DNA from: Planctopirus limnophila DSM 3776
Lineage (GTDB): Bacteria > Planctomycetota > Planctomycetia > Planctomycetales > Planctomycetaceae
DNA: 32,000 nucleotides
Reading direction: 5' to 3'
NCBI RefSeq assembly: GCF_000092105.1
Contig: NC_014148.1
Coordinates: 2,310,001-2,342,000, forward strand
A program made the translations under genes and the position numbers. Below the pieces are notes generated by a model that searched no databases, was not told where the DNA came from, and worked only from the letters and a program-made list of their open reading frames with translations. Shown here piece by piece: positions 17,545 to 26,711 of the stretch; within the stretch, counting starts at the first letter, position 1; each line of letters starts with the position of its first letter.

Positions 17545-17585
17545 TGCCGGTCGCAGGTGGCAGCCCGCGACCGGCAGTTTTTTTT
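17545..17585 (+). terminator. Strong rho-independent terminator
   Basis: A 10-bp GC-rich stem TGCCGGTCGC (17545-17554) / GCGACCGGCA (17567-17576) with a 12-nt loop is followed by G and eight T residues (17578-17585). Confidence 0.8.
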
Positions 17586-17641
17586 GATGGTACCCTGATG
17601 TTTGCCTGTAGAAATTCCTCAAAAGGAAAATCTCAGAAGCG

Positions 17642-19090
17642 TCAGATGAGCACCTCTTGAACCACGTGGCCATGCACATCGGTCAATCGGAAATCCCGCC
17701 CCTGAAAGCGGTAAGTCAGCCGTTCATGATCAATCCCCAGTTGATGGAGCAGTGTGGCATGCAGGTCATGAACATGAACTCGCCCACTCGTCGCTGCAAA
17801 TCCCAATTCATCGGTCGAACCATGAATGTATCCAGGCCGAAACCCGCCACCTGCCACCCACATGGTAAAAGCATCAATGTGGTGATCGCGACCAATTGTC
17901 CCTCGCACTTCACCCAGTGGAGTTCGACCAAATTCCCCACCCCAGATAACCAGCGTATCGTCCAGCAAACCGCGTTGCTTCAGATCGAGAATCAGTGCCG
18001 CCGACGCCTGATCAACTGCCCGACATTCCTTCTCTAAGGCGTCTGTCAGGTCGGCCCCTTTCCCACCGTGATGATCCCAGTCGGTATGATAAAGCTGAAT
18101 GAATCGCACACCGCGCTCGACCAGCCGACGAGCCAGAAGACAATTATTCGCAAACGAGGCCTTACCAGGCTCTGCTCCATAAAGATTGAGCGTCGCTTCG
18201 GTCTCCTGCGAGAGTTCCACTAACTCGGGAGCACTCGTCTGCATCCGATAGGCGGTTTCGTAGGCGGCAATTCGAGTGGCGATCTCTGGATCACCCGACC
18301 GCTGCAACTGCACTTCATTCAGTTGCCGCAACGTCGAGAACAGTCGGCTCTGCCCTTCATCATCAAATCCCGCAGGGGTTTGTAGATGAAGAATTGGCGG
18401 CCCCTGTCCTCGCAGGGGGACACCCTGATATTGAGACGGCAGAAAACCACTTGACCACAGGGCATTTCCAGCCCGGGGGCCACGCGGGCCGCTCTGAAGC
18501 ACAACAAAAGCCGGCAGATTCTGTGATTCACTCCCCAAGCCGTATGTCAGCCAGGAACCAAAACTTGGCCGACCCGGTGCCTGAAAGCCGGTATTCATAA
18601 ACAGTTTGGCAGGGCCATGGTTAAAGACATCTGTCGCCACAGCCTTCAACCAGCAGACATCATCGACGATCGAACGGTGATATGGGAGGAGTTCACTCAG
18701 TTCCATCCCACATTCGCCATAGCGACCAAATTGGCGAGTGCTGCCCAGCAGCTTGGCATCCGGCTTCAAAAATGCAAAGCGACGACCCTCAGTAAAACTG
18801 GCCGGTGGTGCCTCGCCATGAAACCGTTTCAGCTCGGGTTTATCCTCAAAGAGTTCGAGCTGACTCGGGCCGCCAGCCATAAACAAAAAGATGACATTTT
18901 TCGCTTTCGCCAACCTGGGTGCCGGTGCCGGTTCCGAAGAGAAGCCATCCTGAGCCAGCAAAGCCCCCAGTGCCGTCCCTCCCAATGCCAGTGGGGCCTG
19001 CTGGAGAAAATAGCGGCGATTCAAAACATCAGCAGCCTGTTTCGAAATCTTCGAATTGTCTTGTGATAAATCTGACATGCTGACCTGCAC
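17642..19090 (-). CDS. DUF1501 family protein (sulfatase/alkaline-phosphatase-like fold), Tat signal
   Basis: 482 aa with a twin-arginine signal NRRYFLQQAPLALGGTALGALLA. The conserved C-terminal DUF1501 block is GGEFGRTP...GRDHH...F..W.AGGG...G...G.TDE.G. It lies 54 nt downstream of the DUF1549/DUF1553 gene. Confidence 0.92.
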   Translation of the reverse strand: MQVSMSDLSQDNSKISKQAADVLNRRYFLQQAPLALGGTALGALLAQDGFSSEPAPAPRLAKAKNVIFLFMAGGPSQLELFEDKPELKRFHGEAPPASFTEGRRFAFLKPDAKLLGSTRQFGRYGECGMELSELLPYHRSIVDDVCWLKAVATDVFNHGPAKLFMNTGFQAPGRPSFGSWLTYGLGSESQNLPAFVVLQSGPRGPRAGNALWSSGFLPSQYQGVPLRGQGPPILHLQTPAGFDDEGQSRLFSTLRQLNEVQLQRSGDPEIATRIAAYETAYRMQTSAPELVELSQETEATLNLYGAEPGKASFANNCLLARRLVERGVRFIQLYHTDWDHHGGKGADLTDALEKECRAVDQASAALILDLKQRGLLDDTLVIWGGEFGRTPLGEVRGTIGRDHHIDAFTMWVAGGGFRPGYIHGSTDELGFAATSGRVHVHDLHATLLHQLGIDHERLTYRFQGRDFRLTDVHGHVVQEVLI

Positions 19091-19144
19091 TGTTCTGGTT
19101 CGGGAAGAAGTCGCAAGGCTCAGAAGAAACGACCAGAAAATCGT

Positions 19145-22100
19145 CTAGTTGCGAGTAATAAACTCATCGGTATTAAAAACGAGTCGCGCCAGACTGATGG
19201 TGGCTGCAATCTCGGCTTGAGAAAGATCCGCTGGCCACGAAAACCGTTTCATTGGCTTCAAGAGTTTGTTGATCTGCTCTGGTGATCGATCAAACCTTTG
19301 TTTTTCCGCTTCGAAGAATCTAGCCACAATCTCGCGCTCATCGGCGCTCATGGCACGCGACAGACAGATCTTCCACATGACATTGGCAACTGCCTCCGTA
19401 TCGCGAGGCTGATCCTGAAGCACTCGCTGAGCCAGACCACCTGCCATTTCCAGAAACATCGGATCGTTGGCCACCGAAAGTGCCTGAAGTGGCGTACTGC
19501 TGGGCTGCCTCCGTGTACAGGCTGAAGTGAAATCGGGTGCGTCAAAAGTCGCCAGCAGCGGGTACGGAGCACTCCGATAGAACATCGTGTACATCGTCCG
19601 GCGGTAACGATTTTCACCCTGTTCTTCATTCCAAGGTTTACTGTTCTGCGTGAACTGGAAAACACCAGCCGGTTGCGGAGGAAACACACTCGGGCCACCG
19701 ATCGTGGGAGTCAATAACCCGCTGGCTGAAAGCATCAGATCGCGCAGAATCTCCGCATCCACTCGGAGACGCTGCTGTCGCCCCAAGGCGCGATTCTGTG
19801 GATCTTTTGACAGTGCCTGAGAAATGATTCGGCTCTCCCGGCAGTAAGTTTTTGAAAGTAGAATCTCTTTATGAAGCGCCTTCATGGACCACTTCTTTTC
19901 GATAAATCGACCTGCCAGCCAATCGAGAAGCTCTGGTGAGAATGGCAGCGAACCCTGCATCCCAAAATCATTCTCGGTTTCGACAATCCCTCGGCCGAAA
20001 TATCGCATCCAGACACGATTCACAAAGACTCGTGCTGTCAAAGCATTGTCTTTGCTGACCAGCCAGCGGGCCAGATCAAGTCGATTCTTCAGCTTGTCGG
20101 CCGGGCCGGTAGAGACAGTCAAGGCCGCAGGAACGCCAGGGGAAAGTTCACCTCTTGGAAGATCGGGATTGAGAAAATCTCCTCGCAACAGCAGATAGGT
20201 CGGTGGCGGCTTGGGAAAATCCTGCATCACCATCTGCAGATATTCACGGCCAGCCCCTGGGACTTGTGCTTCCAGCCGACGAATCTGCTCGTTAATTTCC
20301 GCCAGCTGCTGGATTTGCGAAGAGGAGGTTGTCGCCTCAGGCCATTGATCTGCCAGTTCGACAGCAAAACGGCCAATCAGATAATGAGCATTCCGATCAT
20401 GTCGAAGCACGATCGTCACGGGCCCTGGCTCGACCTCTTGAGATGCTTTCAACACGAGTTCATGCCGAGCGTTCATCTTCAATTGCGGATTGCGTTTGGT
20501 CTGGTCGGCAGAAACATTGATTGCCCAGCCACTTTGAGGATCATTGTCGATGGCATGGATGGCGGTGTAGCCAGGTTGTTCATGATCAGCAAAAGCCTGC
20601 TCGAAGCGGAATGATCGATCTTTCTGCTTCAGGGAAACGTCACTTAGAACGAAGTTACCATTCGAGGCCAGACCCGGGCCTTGCCTGGGCAATGATTCGT
20701 GGGTCAAAACCACAATCTTGACGGCTCGGGTTTTCTCAGGCCAATCAAACGTGACTTCATAGTTATCGTTCTCGGCGAGTTTCCGACTGGCCAGCAGCGA
20801 TTGATCAGGAAGTTGAACAAGCTCCCCATTACTTCCAGCAGCAAACTGCGTGAATTCAACTCGGTTCCAGCGAACAGCAGCCGGGTCTCCGCCACTGGCG
20901 ACCTTCGTCTCTTTCCCCACGGCCTCTTTCAATTTTCCTTGCTCAATTCGCAGAGCTTTCAGTTGTGCCAGGAGCGCGTCTTGAGCAGGCGTGAGTCCAA
21001 AGACTTCATTCACATAAACTGGAACAGTTTCCGCCTGATTGTTGGCATCTTTGGCCGCATTAAAAAACGCATAGAGCCTGTGAAAATCCTCGTGTGTGAT
21101 CGGGTCATACTTATGAGTATGACATTGGGCACATCCAATCGAGAGGCCCAGCCAGACCGACCCTGTCGTCGCCACGCGATCAACCATCGCTTCATGGCGA
21201 AATTGATCGGCTTTTACTCCACCCTCTTCGTTGATCATCGTGTTGCGATGAAACGCCGTGGCCACAAGTTGTTTTTTGCTGGCATTGGGCAACAAATCAC
21301 CGGCCAATTGTTCGATCGTAAATTGATCAAATGGCATATCCGCATTCAGTGCCTGAATCACCCAATCCCGATAGGGCCACATCACACGGGCTCCATCGAT
21401 GGTGTAGCCATTCGAATCGGCATAGCGTGCCTGATCGAGCCAGTGCCGCCCCCAGCGCTCACCATAATGCGGGCTGGCCAAAACCTCATCGACCAGTTTC
21501 TCCCAGGCATCAGGAGCTGCATCCTGCTCAAAGCGATCGACTTCCTCGGGAGAAGGGAGAATCCCTAACACATCGAGATAAAGCCGGCGAATTCGAACAG
21601 CCCGCGAAGCCATGGGTGCGACCGGAATCCCTTTAGCCAGCAACTCCTTCTCGATGAATCCATCGAGCGGTGAGCCAGGCACAGTATCGACAGGCGTTGC
21701 CATTGCTGAAGGGATCTCAGGCTTTGAAAGCGGAGCAAAAGCCCAGTGGGGCTGATACTCGGCTCCTTCACGAATCCACTGTTTCAACAGGGCGATTTCC
21801 TGTTCGGTCAACTGTTGCGGTGACTCGGGTGGTGGCATTTTGAGATCAACATCGCTGGTCTCGATCCGTTCCACCAGCAGGCTTTCTTCAGGGGCATGGG
21901 GCACAATTGCCGCTGCACCATCGCGCTCAGCCAGTGCCCCCTCCGCCATATCGAGCCGCAAACCAGCGGCTCGATTTTTGTCGTCAAATCCGTGGCAGCG
22001 AAAGCACTTGTTCGACAGGATGGGCCGCACATCTCGATTGTAATCGAGCTTTTCTGCGGCAACCGCTGGTGCCATCAGCAAGCAGAGGGCCAGACCCGTC

Positions 22101-22207
22101 AACAACCCAACAGATTGAATGGCCGGGCGGTGATGCGACTCTCGCTTGCTCCAGATCGTTAGGTCACGAAAAAACTGCGAATACATTTCGGGAAGACTCC
22201 CTGCCAC
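19145..22207 (-). CDS. PSCyt1 (planctomycete cytochrome c) / DUF1549 / DUF1553 (PSD1-type) protein
   Basis: 1020 aa with a signal/anchor LLTGLALCLLMAPAVAA. CFRCH is at nt 21992-22006 and CAQCHTHKYDP at nt 21119-21133. The C-terminus has DUF1553-type motifs (FGRGIV.T..DFG.QG..P..PELLDWLA; ...F.TDEFITRN). Confidence 0.92.
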   Translation of the reverse strand: MAGSLPEMYSQFFRDLTIWSKRESHHRPAIQSVGLLTGLALCLLMAPAVAAEKLDYNRDVRPILSNKCFRCHGFDDKNRAAGLRLDMAEGALAERDGAAAIVPHAPEESLLVERIETSDVDLKMPPPESPQQLTEQEIALLKQWIREGAEYQPHWAFAPLSKPEIPSAMATPVDTVPGSPLDGFIEKELLAKGIPVAPMASRAVRIRRLYLDVLGILPSPEEVDRFEQDAAPDAWEKLVDEVLASPHYGERWGRHWLDQARYADSNGYTIDGARVMWPYRDWVIQALNADMPFDQFTIEQLAGDLLPNASKKQLVATAFHRNTMINEEGGVKADQFRHEAMVDRVATTGSVWLGLSIGCAQCHTHKYDPITHEDFHRLYAFFNAAKDANNQAETVPVYVNEVFGLTPAQDALLAQLKALRIEQGKLKEAVGKETKVASGGDPAAVRWNRVEFTQFAAGSNGELVQLPDQSLLASRKLAENDNYEVTFDWPEKTRAVKIVVLTHESLPRQGPGLASNGNFVLSDVSLKQKDRSFRFEQAFADHEQPGYTAIHAIDNDPQSGWAINVSADQTKRNPQLKMNARHELVLKASQEVEPGPVTIVLRHDRNAHYLIGRFAVELADQWPEATTSSSQIQQLAEINEQIRRLEAQVPGAGREYLQMVMQDFPKPPPTYLLLRGDFLNPDLPRGELSPGVPAALTVSTGPADKLKNRLDLARWLVSKDNALTARVFVNRVWMRYFGRGIVETENDFGMQGSLPFSPELLDWLAGRFIEKKWSMKALHKEILLSKTYCRESRIISQALSKDPQNRALGRQQRLRVDAEILRDLMLSASGLLTPTIGGPSVFPPQPAGVFQFTQNSKPWNEEQGENRYRRTMYTMFYRSAPYPLLATFDAPDFTSACTRRQPSSTPLQALSVANDPMFLEMAGGLAQRVLQDQPRDTEAVANVMWKICLSRAMSADEREIVARFFEAEKQRFDRSPEQINKLLKPMKRFSWPADLSQAEIAATISLARLVFNTDEFITRN

Positions 22208-22428
22208 ATCACTTCACGCGATTGATCAATCATGCAGTAACCATCGCGTCAATTACCTACGCTAAAATTGCGATAAGTTTAAGGAGCAATTCAACTTTTC
22301 ATTGCATTACAACAAGAACTCAATTTATTGAACTGCCAAACTCCGTGGAATACTAGACTTTCCCGAGTTTCTCGACTTGAGAGAGACAGAATTCAGACAC
22401 ATCGAATGTTACCGGCTCGATCCCTGGA

Positions 22429-23652
22429 TCACTTCTTCTCAAACTGGCTTTGACGCAGTTGAGCCCACTCGACGAGTTGCTGGTATTGCGTGGCAAATTC
22501 GGGAGTTGAGCAACCCATCGGGCTCTTGAAGAAAGATCCCACAAAGGGGAGCAATCCTTTGCTTCCCAGCCGTGCTTCCAACTCAGTGATACGAACGAGG
22601 TCAAGCACGAGGGGCGCAGCCAGCAAGGAATCGCACCCTTGCCAGGTAAACTGCATGGCCATTTTCGTCCCGAGGAACCCCTCGAAATGGATATGATCCC
22701 ACGCGGTCTTCCAGTCGCCCAACGACTCAATGTACTCGATCGAGACCAGCGTCTGCGGTTTGTAGCCCAGAATCTCCGTCAGCAGATGATCCTTGGATTT
22801 GACTTTCGTGGCTTTGTTGGCGGGATCATCCAGAACTTTCCCATCCAAATTGCCAAAAATGTTATGGCCCACCCAACTGTTCACATGCAGATTTCTCGCA
22901 GCAAACATGGGCCCCAGGACTGACTTCAATAACGTCTCTCCTGTCTTCCCATCGCGCCCGCAATGCACCACTCCTTGAGTTAATGCCAGTTCGGACAATG
23001 CGGGCAGATCAGTCCCCACCGAAGGAGTAAAATTGACATGCGAGGCACCGCATTCAAAAGCAGCAATTGCATAGAGCGAACTCGAAGGGAGCTTGATCGG
23101 CTCGCTGGCTCCCAGCAGCTTTTGCAATTGTGGCCAGTCAAGTTCTGCCAGGGCCGGGTCAACGGGTGGTTCTGTCGAAGCGACGTTGACGACAATCAAT
23201 CGATCCAGTCGATGCTGTTCGCGAAAGTTTTCGAGATCCTTGCGGATTCTGGCAATCGCCTGCAATGGACTCTCTGCCAGATATGATCGCGACTTTTCAC
23301 CCGCCAGTGAACGAATTCGATCGCCCACATTCACGAGAACACCCGGCTGAATATTCTGATCCCAGGCAGCAAAGTCATCGGCTACCCGGTTCAGCAAATC
23401 GGGAGAAAAGACCCGCGATTTTTCCCAGAGAACCTGGGCTTCGGCTGCATACGTGGTTTCGCGAATGTCATGACCACCAATCGTCAGATCACCCCAATCA
23501 GCCCACGGAAGACTGGCGAGAGGTTCCTTCGCTGTCACAAGCCCAACAGGTTCCGACAACCCCTGCCGGAGTGCCGACAGGCCAGTCGCCACTGTTGTTG
23601 CCACGCCACCCCAGGCACCGACCATCCACAGCCCAACTCGCGCCGCCATCAA
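22429..23652 (-). CDS. ino1: myo-Inositol-1-phosphate (inositol-3-phosphate) synthase, archaeal/bacterial short type
   Basis: 407 aa, collinear with the ~390-aa Archaeoglobus-type MIPS as I recall it: VGAWGGVATT, VVNVASTEP, ANFTPS, GRDGKTGETLLKSVLGPMF, DHIHFEGFLG, SFFKSPMG. Confidence 0.92.
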   Translation of the reverse strand: MMAARVGLWMVGAWGGVATTVATGLSALRQGLSEPVGLVTAKEPLASLPWADWGDLTIGGHDIRETTYAAEAQVLWEKSRVFSPDLLNRVADDFAAWDQNIQPGVLVNVGDRIRSLAGEKSRSYLAESPLQAIARIRKDLENFREQHRLDRLIVVNVASTEPPVDPALAELDWPQLQKLLGASEPIKLPSSSLYAIAAFECGASHVNFTPSVGTDLPALSELALTQGVVHCGRDGKTGETLLKSVLGPMFAARNLHVNSWVGHNIFGNLDGKVLDDPANKATKVKSKDHLLTEILGYKPQTLVSIEYIESLGDWKTAWDHIHFEGFLGTKMAMQFTWQGCDSLLAAPLVLDLVRITELEARLGSKGLLPFVGSFFKSPMGCSTPEFATQYQQLVEWAQLRQSQFEKK

Positions 23653-23963
23653 TTGCTCTCACTTCCCAGAATTCGTTTCTTCAATAGCCATTTTCGTTCG
23701 TCACCGCATATGTTACTGAGGCGAGTACGCGGGGTTCACCCAAGTGGACTCAGCCGGTATTTTGTGGCGAACAGTTTCTCCACCGCTCTTCTTGAACATA
23801 TAAATTAACATGAATGCAAAGGTGGGACGAGTGAGCAGGCAACTTGTAAGCCTCACAGTTGCCGGATTGTGGCCAGATTTTCAGAATAAAGTCTTCTAAA
23901 AGTCATTCCGGGGCTTTGCGTCACGCCGCTGCAATTATTCAATAGCATCGAGTATGTCTGTTT

Positions 23964-24776
23964 ATGAATCAAAAGCATCTTTCTCTGCCGACAAGATTGT
24001 TTCGACTCCCGATGCGCCAATCACTACAAGCCGCACAAGAGGCTGGGGCCCGAGGAGTGCAACTTGACCTCGCCAGAGAAGTCAACGGCCCGGACTGGAA
24101 TGCCACAGCCCTCAAAGAACTGCAGCATTATGCCAGTGAACTGGGGCTCACTCTGGCCAGTGGCTGGTTACCACTGCGAAAGGCACTTTTTGAAGACGAT
24201 GGGCTGGATGACCGACTGACGCTCATCCGGCATGCCATTCAACTTGCAGGAAAACTCCGCCTGAGCACCATCTGTCTTCGCCCAGGCCACTTGCCTCAAG
24301 CCACCGAAAACGATCCCACGACAGCGACCTCCAAGGCTCGCAAGATTCTCGATGATGTGTTTTCCGATCTCACTCGAGAGGCAGATCATCATGGAGTAAT
24401 CCTCTGTATCATCCCGACAGCCGATTCGCCTCAGAATCTGCGTCAATTCATTACGTCCATCTCCACCGGCCGACTGGCAATTGATTTCGATACGGCCTCG
24501 TTTGCGATGCAGGGCCTCTCGGTTGCGGAAGCCATTACTTCGCTCCACGATCAGATCGGCCATGTCACAATTCGCGATGGCATCCGTGATTTCCAGCAGG
24601 GAGGCCTTGAGACGCCTATTGGCGAAGGAACAATCCCCTGGCCTGAAGTTATTGCCACATTGGAAGAAGTTCAATTTCGCGGCTGGCTCATGCCGATCCG
24701 CACACAAGGGCAGGATCCGCTGGGCGATACGATGAACGGTCTGGCTTATTTTCGGCGTATGCTTCCCCCTGGATGA
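23964..24776 (+). CDS. Sugar phosphate isomerase/epimerase, xylose-isomerase-like TIM barrel
   Basis: 270 aa with the family pattern GARGVQLD...ELGLTL...AIQLAGKL...HGVIL.I...DFDTASF...IGHVTIRDG...PIGEGTIPWPEVIATLEEVQFRGWLM. It is divergent from ino1. Confidence 0.72.
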   Translation: MNQKHLSLPTRLFRLPMRQSLQAAQEAGARGVQLDLAREVNGPDWNATALKELQHYASELGLTLASGWLPLRKALFEDDGLDDRLTLIRHAIQLAGKLRLSTICLRPGHLPQATENDPTTATSKARKILDDVFSDLTREADHHGVILCIIPTADSPQNLRQFITSISTGRLAIDFDTASFAMQGLSVAEAITSLHDQIGHVTIRDGIRDFQQGGLETPIGEGTIPWPEVIATLEEVQFRGWLMPIRTQGQDPLGDTMNGLAYFRRMLPPG

Positions 24777-24794
24777 GTCAGAAAAGATCGCTGA

Positions 24795-26285
24795 TTACTC
24801 GCGGATGAGGGCAGGGATCGGGAGTTGCCCATCTTCCCACTGCTGGGCCTGCGGACTTTCCGGAAGAGCCGATTCGATAAAGAATCGGAAAGAGCTGCCA
24901 GACCCGATCACCCCACTACCAGGAATGGGCATCGAAGGCTGTTGCCGAACAAGTGGTGTCGTCTTGTAGATCGGGACATTGGGGAGCACCCAATGGGTGT
25001 ATTGCCCGCTATCTGTCACGAGCGTCACAAGAAATGTCATAGGCCGGATCGTAGAAAGATTCTTGAGTTGCCCCTCGACCTGCAGACGTCCACCGGGCGA
25101 GGATGTCGCTTTGATTTCTACCGAGGCCAGGTTGGAATTGGCGACGACATACCCGGGCCGCATCTGGTCGCGATCAATCACCTTCTGCTTTTTGAGTGCA
25201 GCCTCCAGTGCTTGCGGCAGTTCCTTCTGAAGATCGTCAATACTCTTTTGGAAAATCGACTCGAACTCCCTGCGACGAGACTCGGGAGTTTCGGTGGCGA
25301 GAACCGACTTTTCGCCCAGTTTTTTGACATATGTCGCATAGCTCTGCTTGTACTTTGTCATCAGCAGCCAGTGCATGGCCCAGGCATGGGCATAAGCCTC
25401 GCCCGCCAGTAGATCTCCTCGAAAGGCCTTGTCATCCGTGATGATTTCCTGCCAGTTCACATTCTTCGCAGCCAGTGCCGACCGGGCATAACGCAGATTC
25501 AGCTTGCCCGGGCCGCCAGTCACCTTTTCACCGTTGGCTTCGAATCCCGTCGCAATGCCTTCATTGAACCAGACAGGAACAGGCGCCAATCGTTGCAGCA
25601 ATCCTCGATTATGGACTTGCTGATGAATCGCTTCGTGAAGTGGGACTTCAAACGTGTCACATTCCGCCATACGAAGCACAAGTCGATTGGAAGCTGCTGA
25701 GTAAAACCCGAGAACATTGGCCCCTGACAGCCCGGTCCCACCCGTCTGTTCATTGAAGTATTTGATGAACTGATCATTGGTCTCAAAAATCACCACTACC
25801 AGTGGATGCGGGGGCGGTTCCAGGGGCAGTCCCATGTCGCTGGCATACTTTTCGAACACACTTTCGACTGTCTTAAAAAACCGCGTTGCTTTTTTGCAGA
25901 ACGCATTGGCTCGCGACTCCTGGCTTTTTGGCAATGGTGCCGCCAGAAGCAAGGCCACCACATAAGGCGCATCAATCGACGTCACGCAAACGTCTTTGCC
26001 GAACTCGTCTTCCAACTGCCGGGCCAATTGTGCCGGTGCAATGGGAGCCGGTGCCTCTTCAGGCTTCCGCGACTTGATCGCACCGCTCCCGACAAGTTCG
26101 TAACTGCCATCTGGTTTTTCTATGGCAAGGGCACCCTGACCCTCACCCGCCAGCCTTCCTGAAAGCTTCCTGACTTCTCGGCGTTCGTTCAGCAACTCAA
26201 ACTCATCGGCTGGCAGGGCACTTCCCCACAGCCAGGAAAATGCGAGTGTCAAGCGGCCACAAATTCGCCATGCACCAGTTGGCAT
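24795..26285 (-). CDS. Secreted DUF1570-type putative zinc metallopeptidase (track ORF extends to 26396)
   Basis: The signal-like N-terminus MPTGAWRICGRLTLAFSWLWGSALPA starts at ATG 26285. HEAIH is at nt 25623-25637, followed 20 residues later by WFNEG (gluzincin-like third ligand). Confidence 0.75.
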   Translation of the reverse strand: MPTGAWRICGRLTLAFSWLWGSALPADEFELLNERREVRKLSGRLAGEGQGALAIEKPDGSYELVGSGAIKSRKPEEAPAPIAPAQLARQLEDEFGKDVCVTSIDAPYVVALLLAAPLPKSQESRANAFCKKATRFFKTVESVFEKYASDMGLPLEPPPHPLVVVIFETNDQFIKYFNEQTGGTGLSGANVLGFYSAASNRLVLRMAECDTFEVPLHEAIHQQVHNRGLLQRLAPVPVWFNEGIATGFEANGEKVTGGPGKLNLRYARSALAAKNVNWQEIITDDKAFRGDLLAGEAYAHAWAMHWLLMTKYKQSYATYVKKLGEKSVLATETPESRRREFESIFQKSIDDLQKELPQALEAALKKQKVIDRDQMRPGYVVANSNLASVEIKATSSPGGRLQVEGQLKNLSTIRPMTFLVTLVTDSGQYTHWVLPNVPIYKTTPLVRQQPSMPIPGSGVIGSGSSFRFFIESALPESPQAQQWEDGQLPIPALIRE

Positions 26286-26711
26286 GCGCTTTCCTTGGAC
26301 GAAAATCAGTGAAGGTGATCGTTCGGAACGACTTCCGAACGAAAGACAGGATTGTAGAACTCTTTCGATTGAGTGTACCCATAGAAAACGACGCATCGGT
26401 AGCGGTTCGTGACAATTTCAAAGGCTTATCCTCACGATCTCCCGAAGAAATCTCATTGCCTTCAGAACCTGCTTGCAACATGGAGGTTTACCAACTTCGC
26501 AATCAACACCAAAGAATCGCCATAAGAAACCAGACAACAAAGACTTACGAAAAAACAACAAGTCCGACCTTGCCGTTGCAAGAAGATCCGATGGCAATCG
26601 GAACAGACGTTGCATCCTAGATGGCCATAAGAATGAAGAACTGCCATTCTGGCAGTCCGTCTTGCTATTCTCAAACTAATTCCAACTTCCCAAAGTTCAG
26701 TGAGGGCTTCG

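Noticed and set aside
17498-17587. 29-codon ORF (MWQDVTGSLQTPIEQIAGRRWQPATGSFF) downstream of mraZ
   Set aside because: It has no SD. It reads straight through the terminator stem and the poly-T run, which gives the terminal FF and the stop. This is an artefact of the terminator sequence.
20699-21568. Long antisense or alternate-frame ORFs inside confirmed genes (e.g. 20699-21568 + 289 aa, 13153-13830 - 225 aa, 6633-7331 + 232 aa, 27090-27668 - 192 aa, 29123-29704 - 193 aa, 24168-24707 - 179 aa, 24825-25412 + 195 aa)
   Set aside because: Each lies wholly within a gene with strong family motifs on the other strand or frame. Their translations are Arg/Ser/Pro/Cys-rich with no recognisable motifs. 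These are shadow ORFs.
26397-26711. Searched the long A-rich region upstream of htpG for CIRCE, ROSE/fourU thermometers or a sigma32-type CTTGAAA...CCCCAT promoter
   Set aside because: There was no convincing match. I found only a 5-bp hairpin (CTTGC-CGTT-GCAAG) and a weak TTGCAT. Nothing is supportable from sequence alone.
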